DNA of 64,000 nt from Takakia lepidozioides (lineage: Eukaryota; Plantae; Bryophyta). The position numbers and the translations under genes are program-made. The stretch is taken from NCBI GenBank assembly GCA_030704615.1, contig CM060731.1, positions 88,350,001 to 88,414,000 on the forward strand, read 5' to 3'. Under the pieces are notes generated by a model. It had not been told where the DNA came from, searched no databases, and saw nothing but the letters and a program-made list of their open reading frames with translations. Position 1 is the stretch's first letter, and the number at the start of each line of letters is the position of its first letter. This document shows, in pieces, positions 26,015 through 39,113 of this stretch.

Positions 26015-26742
26015 TGTCGCGCCCCCTTTCCTTGAGAGCAGGGGGGTCGGGACACATGAGGGGCTGCCCCTGTGGTGGGGGCAGCGGCAGCGATAGGTAT
26101 GGGGGGCTGACGCACCCTTGAGTGCCCAAGGCACTCAAGGAGGCGGAGGCGCTCACTAGGTGGAGCCCCGCACACCGGGTTGCGGTGGGGGTGGCTCCAC
26201 AAGGGGTGGTGGTAGCTTAGCGGGACTTAGTGGGGGTGGCATATGACTCACCATGGGGGCGGAGACCTCGTGGTGGGAGTCGTGGGGAGTCTTGGGACTC
26301 ATCACGGTCCATAGGGGCCGTGGTGAGTGGGCCAAGACTCACCGCGACTCATCACCGGGAGTCGAGGTTTTCGTGTGGTGGTTCGCCATAAAATGGCATG
26401 GCTGGTTGTGAAACCCCCGCGGACAGCTACAGAAGTATATATAGGGAGTAGTAACCCCGAGAACGGTGCAAGCCCGTTGGTGACCAAAAACTAGTGAGTA
26501 AGCGAGCGAGCCGGAAAGCGACCAAAGAGTAGGGAGCTGTTCTGGACTGCCATCTACCAAAGGGAATTCCACTAGGCCCAAATAGGTGGAGGGTTTAGTG
26601 GGGGAGCGAAGTGGGACCGTTATGTCCCGGTGAGCAGCCGAAGCTCCAAGTTGGCCCGACGGCCAGGTTGGGAGTCAGGCGCGCGCATCAAAGCGGGTAA
26701 CTATGACTTGAAGGGGAGTTTACCGAAGTGAGGTGCGCGACA
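26015..26742. mobile_element. Solo LTR (728 bp)
   Basis: TGTCGCG...CGCGACA; TSD GATTG; empty site visible in the duplicated segment at ~27091; reverse complement of 45701-46430. Confidence 0.92.
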
Positions 26743-28003
26743 GATTGAAACACGGCCTGCTAAGACCAAGCTCTCTCCCAAGAACCTTGTAAATATCAGG
26801 AAGAATACCAAATCATGGTACTAACAGGAGCCAACAGCCCACATTTACAGGATGGACAAACTTCTTCACCGTGCTGCAAATTCAGGGCCGAGTCTGATGA
26901 GCGGGCAAAACAGGCTGAAGAGGTCGAAGAAGGTGCCCTCACCACATTGTCCTCGACCTTGAGTCATGACCCATCGAGGATTTGACTGACCACCTCTTGT
27001 GTGTGCTGCTTGTGTCTGTAGTCAGGTAATGTCGGATTGGTCTGCGAGAGGATTGGTTTGCGAGAACCACCACGATGTAGCTGAGCGGGCGGAGATTGAA
27101 ACACGGTCTGCTAAGATCAAGCCGACTCTCCCAAGAACCTTGTAAACATCAGGAAGAATACCAAATCATGGTACTAAGAGCCCACATTTGCAGGATGGAC
27201 AAACATCTTCACATCGTACATTAAGAAAAGCCACACCTTGCGATTGCGGTTGTCCACCCAAGCTATGCATATCCTGCAGATCCTCCCACGCAAACACAGC
27301 AAAACGATCAAGTCCCATAACTTACTCATCGCTGAACGCAATCCCGCAATCCTAAATGAATTAATTGGATGAATGTATCATAGATGGATGGATTTTGGGT
27401 TTTCCATCAATCCATCAATCCATCCATTTAGTTTTCCGTTCATCCAATAGTTGTCAGCAAGGCGTTTGTTTTATCGTTCATTCATGTTCATTCAGTGCAC
27501 ACAAATTATATTTCATACGTTCATCCAACAGCTGCCAGCAAGGCGTTTGTTTATCATTCGTTCAGATAATTCAGTTGTTCTGTTTCACTAACATTTCATA
27601 CGTTCATCCAATAGCTGCCAACAAGGCGTTTGTTTATCATTCGTTCAGATAATTCAGTTGTTTTGTTTCCCTAACCTTAACCAGCACACGATTAGTTTAC
27701 TATTAATGTGTTGGGTTAGTGAAAAAATAGTTAAATGTTTTTATTTCTTATTATCCACGTATATATTGCTATATATAGTTTATATATTGTGATTACACGT
27801 GCCATTGCTTAACTGGTTGTCTCAGTCAGCTCATTTTAGGTAGTCAAAATCTCTCACTACAGTCAAAATTTTCGCGGTTGTCTAGCACCTCGAATATTTT
27901 AATATAAATTTTGACTGCAAAATGGTTGGAACAGTCGAAAGTGACTACAGTCAACGCCAGCATCAAACTAAATCGTCGAAATTACATAGGGTGTGTTGTA
28001 GTG

Positions 28004-31000
28004 ATATTGTATTTGTCTTGTTGTACTACGCGTAGCTCGGAATCCTTCTTGGGGGTCACTAAGAATTTGGTGTTGTTCACCATAGCTTGAGAGCATTGTG
28101 GTGAGCGTGCTGGTGAATAGCTTGTATATGGTGTTGGCCAGTGCTATGGGCCTGTAATTACTGAGATATGTAGGGTCACCTTTTTTAAAGAGTAAAATGG
28201 TGCGGCTATGCTTCTAGGAGTGTGGAATTCGTTTCAATTTGTAACATAGTTGAAATTTTTTTAAAAGGAGGTGATGAAGTTGAGGGTCCAATGCTTGAAG
28301 TATGGCATTTGATATAAGATCGGGGCCCGGGGCTTTAAATTTAGATAGTTTTTTGAGATATGATTCGTAGAGATCTATTGTGAATAAGTCTAGAATGCGG
28401 TCCGTTGGGGATCCTCTGTTGTCAATCGAGAAGCCATTATATCATGCCATGGATAATGTTTAGCTTTACACATACAGTTGGCAGTGTGAAGATTGGGATA
28501 TAAACAGTTTGTAACTGTGGGTGTGTAGGTTGAGGATGCTTGTGACCATATTTCTTGGTTGATGTCCGTTGGATTGGTTAGCAGGTGGCCATGCCTGTGT
28601 TTGAGACAATCGATGGGTGGGTTGAGGGCAAGGTTAAAGATGGCTTTGTGAGCTTTTTTGGGATGGTCGCGTAGCAGTTGGTTAAAAGAGGAGACAATTT
28701 TTTTGTGATTGGCGGCGGCTTTTTGTTTGGTAATACTGTAAGCGACATTTTTTGCATCTCTTCCAACTTTGGAAAGAGCAGCTATCCAGTTAGGAATATC
28801 TTAGGGATTGGCAGGTGGAGGCATAAGTGCTTGACATGTTGTTAGGGTATTTAGGCAAGTGATACGTGGATCCGATGTCCAGTTATTCCCCGGGTGTATG
28901 GGGGTAGTGGTAGGTATAATAGTGAGGGTGCGTCTGATCATGTGGTAAGTGTTAAGATGTGATGTCCATGTACGTTTTTTAGTACGGGTAAGGTAGCCAC
29001 CATTTTGGTTTGAGCATGTAGTTTGTGGGATTTCAGGAGGGGCAGAGCAGGTGGCAATGACACTTTTGGTCATTTCTTTCATTGAAGTTGTGAGTATGAT
29101 CTTGGCTTTGATCCAGGCTTTGTCAGGGGATTGCGCGAGGTTTGCTTCGGAGAGTATGTCGGAGAGTTTTAGCATAAGGTGTGAGGATGTTGGTTGGAAA
29201 TGCTTTAGGAAGGTGACTATGTTATTGTGGGGGAGTGGGGATAAAATTCTAGATTGCGGCGGTGGAACATGTATGGGTGGAATAGGTGTAAAGGGGATGA
29301 GGGATGGTGGGATGGTTAACGGGATAATGGTCTGAGTTGCATAAACTATTAATGTGCACATGACTGTTAAGGTACGTTGGGATGTCATTTTGTGTCTTGA
29401 GGTAGAAGCCGTCAACAAGGCTTAAGGATGAGTAGTTGAGTCCACCTTGTCTGGAATAATGGTGATCGGCGGGTATATAACGGAGGTGGTGTGATTGAGT
29501 GAATTTGGCCCATTCCTGGTCTGCGGGGGATGGAGTTTTGTGTATACTGTTGTATGTGTGACCCATGAGGGCAGTGTCCTTGTTGAAATCGTCTGCTAGA
29601 ATGTAGTGTTGGGAGTGGATGGAGGAGTGGGTTAGTGTGTTGGAGATGGTGAGTAGGATATCAGGGATCAGGGGGAGATCTTCGGCGTGTGAGGGCATGT
29701 ACAAGTGTATAAGGATAATGGGGGGGGAGCGCGGGGAGGTGTAGTTTGATGATTTGAAGGTGTGATCGGAGGGGGAGAGCAACAGGTATTTTGGCCGTGG
29801 TGCAAGGGGAGTGATGGGTGCGGAGGATACCAAAAACCACCCCGCCCCGGGTAGGATGGTATGGCGCGGAGTGTCTAGTTAGGCACTGTGCAGCTCTGAA
29901 TGAGTTACCATACAACATATAGTAGGCTGGAAGCAGTTTGTTGATATAGGAACTATTGGGGTTGTGTGTGTTGAGTTTAGTTTCTTGTAATATGATGATA
30001 TGCGGGGGTGTAGAATCGGTGAGATGGATAAGGCTTTGAATGCTGGTGGCAAGTGATCCTACATTCCAAGTAAGTATGTTGAGTGCGTGTGCTTGTTGGG
30101 AAGAGGAGGTGTGTGGGGGATTGTGGGATCTAGGGGGTGTTGGAGGTTATAAGTTGGATTTTGAGGGAACGGGGGGTAGGGGTGCGTGGGGGGTAGCTGT
30201 AAAAAAGGTGTATGAGGGGGATGGATTTGGTGGTAACGTAGTGGGTACGAGTGGAGCTGGTTGCTTGTGTGTGTGGGGGGGATTTTATTATGTTTAGATT
30301 AGTGTGTGGATTCGTCCGGTGGCCATGGAAGGGGTTTGTTGTGCGGGAGCTCATATGGTGGGGTTGGTAAAAATTTAATATGAGTGTATGGTGGGTGGGG
30401 AATATAGATTTAATTATGGGAGGTATATATTGGGAATAATTGGGCATGGGGTTGTAAGAATACCATAACTTTGAAGTGGGTAGGGGTTGTGTTAGTGGCG
30501 GATTTTTAATGAAGATATTGGGTATTGGGTATAAGGGTGTGGGGGATGAATGATTGTAGAGGACGAGATGGATGGGAGTGTGGAGTGTAGTATCAGAAAT
30601 ATCAGTGGGTCTGTCACCGGAGTACAAGCATAATAGATAGGAGATGGATGGGAGCGTGGAGTGTAGTATCGGAAATAACAGTGGGTCTGTCACCAGAGTA
30701 CAAGCATAATAGATAGGGTGCCTTCATGGGGTGTTCTGAGGAATAGGATATGGTTTGGAATAAATAGGCCTTCTCATGGCCATATGATATGCAGCAGTTA
30801 TATATATTTTGTGTGTAGAGATGGAAAGGGGGTGGTGACTGTAGGAGTAAGAAATAAAAACATGGTAGCTGTCTATGGATGAACACAATTTGTTTAGAAG
30901 TGATACCGGGATATAAGCATTATAGAGATTGTGTCCAAACAATATTTTAAAAGTATTAAGATCTGATTTATGGTATGTAGATCCATGCATGGTCATATAT

Positions 31001-31570
31001 TATATCGCCGTTTCATATATGAATGGCTCGGGGGTGTCGAATGTGAGAATAAAAATCAACAATATACTTGGGGTAAGGGTTGTAATGAGCAATATAAGAT
31101 TTGTTTGAAAACAGTACAGATATATGAGCAATGGGAATTTTGTATGAGGGTAATATCAACACATGAGCTGAGTACAAATTGTGGTCGAGTAGTACTAAAG
31201 TACAGGGAATGTAAGATTTGATTGAGAATAGTATTGGAGTATAAGTAATGGAAAGTGTGAGTAGTGTTGAGGTATGAGGAAATAGTGTGAGGATATTGCT
31301 CTGGGTGTCAGCCAGAAGTGAATGTACCCCAGCTGGGTAGAAAAAAATATTATAATCAAAGAATATGACTTGAGAGTCCCACCCTAGCATCTTCACATGT
31401 AAAAGACAAACAAGCTGTGTAGTGCCGAGTGACGCATAATCGGGAGATGTTGTAGGAGCAAGATGTAGAGGTAACTCTTCGCAGCAGCATTGTGGGTGGA
31501 GAGGATCCCGTAGCGCCGGTGTTATACATGTGCTTGGCGGAAGGCAGGAACTATTCCTTGCATGGCCCTT
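28004..31570 (-). pseudogene. LINE APE endonuclease and N-terminal RT plus upstream region (same element as 21660-22223)
   Basis: LNILTWNVGSL...IILQETKL; ILADDFN; NSDHYP; KAPGPDLI; NYRPIALANTIYKLF; QEGFR. Confidence 0.85.
30567..30717. repeat. Two-copy ~75-bp tandem duplication
   Basis: GATGGATGGGAGYGTGGAGTGTAGTATC...TACAAGCATAATAGATAGG occurs twice. Confidence 0.8.
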
Positions 31571-31579
31571 CATCTGCCG

Positions 31580-34500
31580 GGATTGCAGTGAATTATGGTA
31601 TCAGTCCTCCTTGTGAGGTTCACCCCCCAGGCTGGTGGATATGAAATAGTGACAACATTCAGATGGAGCTTTCAGACCTATTCGTGACTGACCCTTGAAC
31701 AAATAATACCACGTCTGCAGACATTTCAAAGTCAGTCGAGACTCTGCTGATATCAAAGTAGTATACGGCTGGCGAAATTTCAGTATTCTACGGTTCAGTA
31801 CAAGGAAGTAGAGTTCCAGGGAGTTGCAGAAGTAGAGTTCCAGATCTGACCCGCAATGTTGTAGGGTGTCATGATCTGTATGCGGAGAGTCTGTGCGTGA
31901 TGTGACCTGGCCATAGAAGGGGCTCTGTATGGGAGGGATACATATATGCCAAACACAATTGAGCATGTCCAGGCAGTAAACAAATTGATGAACGAGTGGA
32001 GGGGTACCTGAGAGTAAGGTAGGTGGGGGTAGAGGAGTAGTTATGAGAGGGTACATACTGCCTTTGTGGTGCGCCCAGAGAGTTTGTGATTCAGGTAGGA
32101 CCTTGTGTTGGTTGTGGGCGTGGGCTTGTGAGGACTGTTGCTTCTGCTGTGGAAGCCGGAATGATTCAGCTGAAAGATCTCTTTCCATCACTGCACCTGC
32201 CTCCCTACTGATGTCGTACTTGTGCTGAAGCTGTTTTTGGACGCTGGCTGGTACATCCTGGTAGTGGGGAAACATGTGGAAGGAGAGAGGATCAGAAGAA
32301 CTAGAGTGGTTGAGAGGCCAGATGATGGAGATGGAGTCTTCCACAATGCTGCATTTCTTGAGATAGAAAGCTGCTCGAATGTGAGGGCAGATTTTGATAT
32401 CGCAAGCACCACCCATATCGCTCTTTGCACCCGCATGGCATGCCATCATGTATATCTGTCCAGACTCATTATTCCAGGAGCTTTCCGCTGCATGAGTGTG
32501 CACATACAAGCCAGACCTGCAAAATGAAGGGTAGGGACTCATTCCACCAAGTACTGCACTGAGAACAGCCTTAACGTGTGTGTTGGACTTTGCACCCAAT
32601 CCACCAGCCAGGGCATCACATCTGAGGTACTGAATTAGAAGGCGACCGCGAGGGAGATTCGCCCCATGGGGTGCCCCGAAGCCAAAAGGGGCCAGCTTGA
32701 AACAACATCCTTCGGACTGAATGTGGAGAGACATGTGGCAGGCGAGAGGGTTGAACGAACTAGAGTGGTTGAGGGGTCAGATGCTTGAAATGGTTACCAC
32801 AATGCTGCGCTGCTTGAGAGAGAGAGCCATATTGTTCAAGTCCACCAGGGCAGACTTCAGTATGACATCTGGTAAAATTCCAGCTTTGACAATGTCATCA
32901 TGGATTTCTTTTCCCTTTTCCAGGGCTGCCAGGCTCGCACACTCACCCATATGCAGGAACAGGTTGAACTCATAAGCAAAGAGCTTCACATCGTACCATA
33001 TGAGAGAAGTGGCTGGCTTGCTCCAATCCAGCTCAAGTGCTGCCCTGCTTCTGGAAAGGCCCAACATGATACTCCATGAAACTACCTTGAACTTCCCGTT
33101 TGTTGTCGTAGGAGGATATCTTGGAACCAGTTGATCATTCTCTTCACTCTCGTCCTCCTCTTTCATAGGGTCTTCTGCCATTATTGCATCATAGAACTCC
33201 TCATGGCTCTCTGGGACCTGGGTTTTCGGAGTCAGCCTAACTGTTGCTGCCACATCAGCAGATCCCAGCCTTATAAGCGCCAGTTGCTGGAGGGATAGAG
33301 CAGCAGGTGGTTGCCCCGGCATCTCAGCCAATTCAGATGACCAAATCATCGCATTCCAAAAAATCACGTCTCGCATAAGCATTTTGTCAAACACATGGCA
33401 TGCATCCACCACACTCCTGCACTTGCAGTACATGGTGACAAGGGCATTCCCCGATGAGACCTCTGACTGAAATCCAGCTTTAATAATATCTTCATGGAGC
33501 TGCTTGCCCGCCTGTTCCAGAGCTCCTGGGCCAGGGCCTGCAATGCTGGTGTCTTGGCCATGGCTGGCCTAGGTGGTAAGAGATTGCCGGTGAGCATACA
33601 ACACCTGCCCTAAGTTGTTGTAGGTCTTAGTAACTTTCAGGGCCTCTTTCACTGGGGACAGGGAATGTTCATGTGCGAGAGGCCCTGGGTCATCTCAAAG
33701 CTGGGCTTAGAGTCCACCTTGTTTGGAATTGAGAGAAGGTTCTGCACATCTGTAAATAAAAGTGTAGCCAATTGCATAGGTGGCGTTTCATCTGATTCAT
33801 TCGAGGTGGGGTAATTGGGACTTGAGTCACTCCTTAACTCCAGCAGTGACCACCTATATCTCAGCTTATCAACCATAGTACTGTTGGAAATCTGAGAGGG
33901 GGGCACCTGATTGAATGGTGGTGATGTTGCTTGGTTGTCTCCACAATTTATGGTGATGAGTAGATGCCAAGGGAGCCCGGAAACAGCTTTGTTGCAGCTC
34001 ACAGGAAGACGCTTGCTCTCCTCCCGAGCATCAAGGCTGCTGCAGGCCTTGGGGTTGAGACTGTATGCGATAGCACCTTTGTCGATCACTGGAGCTGCCT
34101 CCCTTGTACTTGACATACTGAGGCTGATTTGAGACGCTGGGAAAGCACTTGTGGAGCCAGTGCATTTGTAAAGTCGTAGCCAGTTGGGAGTACTGCACAT
34201 TGGTAGTAGTAATGCTGGAGTTGAACTGCCAGGGTTGTGTGCTCTGAGCAGACATAGAAAGCCATGGCATTCTTTCGAAGAATACCATCTTTCCCCAGGG
34301 CTCCTAGACTGGCACAGGCATCGACGGTGCAAATGAACGTCACCCTGTTGGGTGTGATCCCTTCCCGTAGCATTTGCTCATAGGTCTTGAAAGCCTCGCT
34401 ACTGCACCCTTGTTGAGCATATCCTCCGATCATTGCATTCCAGGAGACCACGACTTGTTGTGCCATATTGTCAAACACGTGACGTGCATCCTCTATACTC

Positions 34501-34640
34501 CCGAATTTGGCATACATGTCAACAGGGGTGTTTTCCAGATGGTGTCCGGCACAAATCCAGCTTTGAAGATGTCATCGTGGACCTCTTTGCCTTTCTACAG
34601 CGCACCTTGGCTTGCACACGCATTGAGGGTCTTGAGATCC
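31580..34640 (-). pseudogene. Mosaic of PPR and other gene fragments
   Basis: PPR pieces at ~32830-32970 (LEKGKEIHDDIVKAG), ~33340-33520 (MYCKCRSVVDACHVFDKM) and ~34280-34640 (MYAKFGSIEDARHVFDNM) alternate with unrelated sequence. Confidence 0.75.
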
Positions 34641-35330
34641 TTTCTCAGAGGGATATCAGCAGTACCACCGCTAAAGCAGGGGTGTCCTGAGAAAATCGTG
34701 ATCTTACACCAAGAAACTCCCTCAGTCGGGGTAATATGGGAATGGTGATGGGCATACGTAGATATTCCATTTGCCTTGTAACGTCTTTCCTGATACAGCG
34801 AGGGGGGGTGGTAGAACTTCCAAGAACATAGCGGGTCACCATCGTAGTCAGTAAGCCGGGGAACTGAGCCGAGGTGGCTGTGGTGGGTGGCGCTGGAGCG
34901 GTAGCCTACAGGAGAGTAGCAGGGCCGACAGATAGAGATCTGATAAGCTGTGCTCCACACGGAGCAGCCGATGGTAGTGGTGTAGATAACGAGCTTCTTG
35001 AGAGAAGAGTTGGGGAGCAAAGACCCCTCAGAAAGCATCAATAAGAAGCTAAAAATAAGCACCTTCATAATCCTGTAAGGCGTGTTGGCTGGGCGCCGGA
35101 GAGAACGAGGAGACCTCCTCGCAGCAGCATGAGAGACGAGAGCAAGAGCCATGGCGGCGACCGTGGCTAAAAGTAGAGACCTTGGCAGAGTAGCGGGCCC
35201 GCTAGAGAAAATATAAGATAAGACATAAAGGATAACAAATATAGGGGAACCCTAGAAATAAGTCATGGTTACGAAGTTTGGCAACGATAATGGCAAGAGG
35301 GGCTGAGCTCCGCCCCCGCGAGCGGAAAGC
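34640..35330 (-). mobile_element. Probable 5' end of the RandI-like LINE
   Basis: Similar to ~20800-21650 (for example GCCATGGCGGCGACCGTGGCTAA vs GCTATGGCGGCGAACCTCGCTAA). Confidence 0.45.
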
Positions 35331-35367
35331 ATTCTCGTGAAAGATGGCACTCGGCCAAAGCCTGTGT

Positions 35368-35792
35368 TATAGTCGGTGGCGACTACGACTCCCAACTGCG
35401 GGTTAGCCAGCCTCCGACCGGGGCCCTATCCGAAGGTGGCTATAGACTACACCGCATGGCTACCCCAGACCCACTCTATAGTCGTTGCCGACTATGAGTA
35501 AGTTTGTAAATGTCCGGGCCGTAGTCACTGCCCACTTGCAATAGTCGGCACCGACTATGACACCCAACAGGCCAAAACCTGTGTCAGTCGGTGGCGACTA
35601 CGAATCCCAACTTTGGGTTCGAGTGGATAAGACACGCCCGTTTCCTAAAGTCGTTGCCGACTATACCCCATGGCTACCCCAGCCCCATCCTATAGTCGTT
35701 GCCGACTATGACTACCAAGTTTGAGCCCAGTAGTCGGCGCCGACCACGACCAAGACCAAGACTGCCGACTATCGGAATATCTCTCGACTATA
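35368..35792. repeat. Cluster of short gapped palindromes TAGTCG-N4-CGACTA (subterminal-repeat-like)
   Basis: About 8 copies, such as TAGTCGGTGGCGACTA, TAGTCGTTGCCGACTA and TAGTCGGCACCGACTA; a related copy at ~37013. Confidence 0.75.
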
Positions 35793-36320
35793 ACGTGCAA
35801 ATTTTCCTACAGATTAACGTTCTCCCTTTAGTTCCTACAACCCATTTGTTGTATGCCATATGCGAAGCCAGAGCGGAATTGCAATGAGAATAATGTACCT
35901 GTACACGAGCCTGCGAGCTGGTAAAGATCCATCAGGCTGCTCGGTAATCGGCCAACTTCGGGCAGGCCCATCCTTCATCTCGCACTAGAACAACTCCTTC
36001 CAGTACTTGATGCGGAAATCGTCCACCCAGACAGAAAGGGTCTTGAGCATGGGAGCCTCTTGGTTGGCAGCTGCAGGAACCCTTTCTGAACCAGCATGGC
36101 CAACTACCGCTCTGTTTCCTCCTTTTGCTGCGAGTCCACGTCAATTGTTAGAGATGATAGATTGCAACAATAACTCAAACATGAAGCCACCACCAATATT
36201 GCATGGATCTTACCTAGAACCACCATGTCATTTTGTCGTACCACAAGCCGAACACCACATCTGTGGGAGCATGGGAAAATTTCCCATTTTTCCGGGTTGT
36301 GGAGTTAGAATTCCACAGCT

Positions 36321-36950
36321 TCAACCATAAAACCTTCTCCTTCGGGCTAACCTCCTGGCAAGCATCTGCAACTTCTCGAGAGTCATTTCCGGCTTCTGAC
36401 TAACGGCAAGTGACTTGTAATGCGTGGTTATCTCAAAAAAAAAGCCAGTTCCTTCGCTAGCAAGTTTCTTCCGGATGAGCTCGGTGTTCTCAGCGGTGGC
36501 AGACAGGTGGGTATGGGCATCCAAGCAAGCGTTTCTAATTCTACGGAATCCCTCCTGACCCATATACTCTATGAGGGCGTCCCGCGGCATAGTCATCCAG
36601 TTCCCATCCCGCTTGTTCAAGCACTTCTCGTAGACGTCCATTGGAAGAGCTGATTGGTACTACTCAACAGGTGTAGTTGCGCACTTCTGGAAGTAGAATA
36701 GTTTGTGCGGAAGCTCGTTCGACACATTTTCGCGATCTGTCACGCTGCAAAATGCACAGAACGAGACCTTCATGTGACCATCGACCTTATTGAAATTCAT
36801 GACATAATGACCTACCTTAAAACTCAGCATGGTTTTTTGGGTTACTGTGGGCTCCATGATATAGTCGGCGCAGACCATACTTGTAGTGATAAGGCGGGTC
36901 TCAACGGAGGCATACTCGCCTTCCTCTCTGAACTCCCTCCCACCTGGCAC
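36321..36950 (-). pseudogene. Unknown protein, paralog of 38439-39113 (one internal stop)
   Basis: CLNKRDGNWMTMPRDALIEYM and HYKSLAVSQKPEMTLEKLQML align with the plus-strand copy. Confidence 0.55.
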
Positions 36951-37798
36951 TACTTCCGACTCAATGAATTGGAATGACCTCTCCGTTCTGAAGAAGTCAA
37001 TCCCCTCAGTTATAGTTGGCTCCGACTATAACTGCACTTACCAAATGTAGGGAAGATGATTACATCTAAAAATTATTCAATGAAGCTACACCGATGCTGC
37101 CTCCTAAATTACACCAACTGCATCTGTCACCCACAGGGACTGCTTATGCAAGACCTGTAACCCCATGTATTGGAGATCCCCGAATTGCTAAACTCTTACA
37201 CCTATGCTCATGGAGAAACAAGCGGTAGAGCAGACGAAGGTTCAACGGAAAAGGACCCCACACCCCAGAAGAACAAGAAGCAACAACAGACGGAGGCTGC
37301 AGAAGAGGATCACAACCAACACAGGTTAGAGACAACTGCAATTGAGATCTGCATATATATTCTTCTGTGCCATTGACATGTTTATTGATTCACTGGACGC
37401 ATTGGCAGGTGTTTCCATGTGGGCGGGCGCGAGTCCACTCAGCATAGCCGGAGATATCCTAATTTGTTTTACTAGAAGAGCTGCTGACGCACAGGCACAA
37501 CCACATCTATATTTTTTCAATCCTGCTTGGAGGTTATATGATGGGGATCTCTGTCTTAGGGTAATCCATGCAGGTGGTAGAAGCAACATTGCTTTGTGGG
37601 TTAGAGAGGATGATAGATGACAGAAGGTGAATACCATGGCTAGGGAAGTGACGTGGGGAGGAAGAGTGGAAATGTTGAGGAATGGGCTGTGGGAATGGTA
37701 TCGTGGACAACATTATGAAGTCTTAATTGAAGTAGTAGTTATAGATTAAGTCCATAGTTGAAAGTTGCTTACAATAGAACGTTCAAGGTAGTAAGGTA

Positions 37799-37960
37799 AT
37801 GACGAGTCCAAAAGAGATTATTGCACCCTTTGCTAGTAGAGAAAGTGAAGATGTGCATGACTGGGTCGAGCGTATCCAGATGGAGGGAGATGTACAAGAT
37901 CTCATTCTTGACAAGATGTTTAAAGTAGCACGGTTGAATTTAAAGAACTCGATTTTAAGT
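37799..37960 (+). pseudogene. Short retrotransposon gag N-terminal fragment
   Basis: PFASRESEDVHDWVERIQ resembles the gag start motif F.G...ED...W. Confidence 0.5.
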
Positions 37961-38438
37961 AAATCTAGACTTTCCAAAGTCCAGGAATAACATATATATT
38001 GATTGATTTATTTATTTAAATTGAATACAAATTCACTATGAAAACAAATTTCAATGATTTTATTAAGTTTATTGTAGATGTTTAGTAAATATTGTTGTTC
38101 CCAGAGAATCCATTCCCTGATCACATCCCTAATCTGAGTTGAAATCCTAATTTTCTACAGTTTCACGGGCAGCATGGGAGACCTCATGTCCTTCACAGTT
38201 GCTACAGTTTACAGCTTTTGACAGCAATGCACGACATCAACAAGTAAGATTTTACATTGCGTTTTGCATGGATTCTTTGCTTCTGGATTGCCTATGTTTG
38301 TCTTACATGTGTATGGATTATTTTCAGGTCAAACGAAACATCCCACGTCACCACCAATCTTTGTCACACCTTTTTCCGTGTTCAAAAGATTGGGTTGATG
38401 CCACTTGATTCCTTTGCGAACGTGTTAAGTCCTCTGCA

Positions 38439-39113
38439 GATGAAGAGATGTGCTGAGAAGAAGACCAGCACATGGTATAGCTTGACAAGGGAGGCATTTC
38501 TTGACTACATGTACACGGTATGCCTACTCACTAGTATTTGATTTCAGACTGGTTTGTTTAAAGAATTTACAGTATTTGATGGTTCCATTGCGAATGTATG
38601 CAGCAAGAAATAGCGGAGACAGGCTTAAAGGCAAAAGCCAAATACTATGCAACCCACACAGAGGATGAGTGGTCTGCCACAAGGGTTGAGGACGCAATGA
38701 GATTCGAGATGAATAACCACAGGAAGAACCTAATGAGTGCGTTCGACAAGCAAATTCGCATAGCAGATCCAAGTCTCAGCACGGAGTTTCTTGATCAAGT
38801 GAAAGTGCACTACGACAAGTATGGATCCAAACCCAAAATGACCCAAGAGAAATTGCATCGCCTATCTATTTCAATGATGGATAATGCAACAAAAATCAGA
38901 TGGTTGGAGATCTGGAATTCAGATCCACTTGTGAGGAATACAAACATGTTCCCAACTCCAGAGAGGGACTTGAAAACACAAGCAATCAAATCTGTGAGCG
39001 ACCACACATTTGACCAGTGGCTTCACAAAGCAACATTCTGGAGCCAAGTGAAGCTGTTGGAAAACCATTCTCAGCTGAGTCATTGTTTTCTTGTTCTCTC
39101 TTCACTTCTGTAG
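38439..39113 (+). pseudogene. Unknown spliced protein fragment, paralog of 36321-36950
   Basis: CAEKKTSTWYSLTREAFLDYMYT|intron|...VHYDKYGSKPKMTQEKLHRL. Confidence 0.5.

Larger units (their letters stand above)
22224..28003. mobile_element. Non-autonomous CACTA element (5.78 kb) with captured gene fragments, inserted in the LINE RT
   Basis: CACTACAATACA...TGTGTTGTAGTG termini; 3-bp TSD ATG/ATA; RT reads through when removed (RQIQY|VLSALEDAK). Confidence 0.85.

Noticed and set aside
23921-34640. Functional PPR genes
   Set aside because: Only short fragments of one to three motifs, with stops and frameshifts and no E/DYW domain
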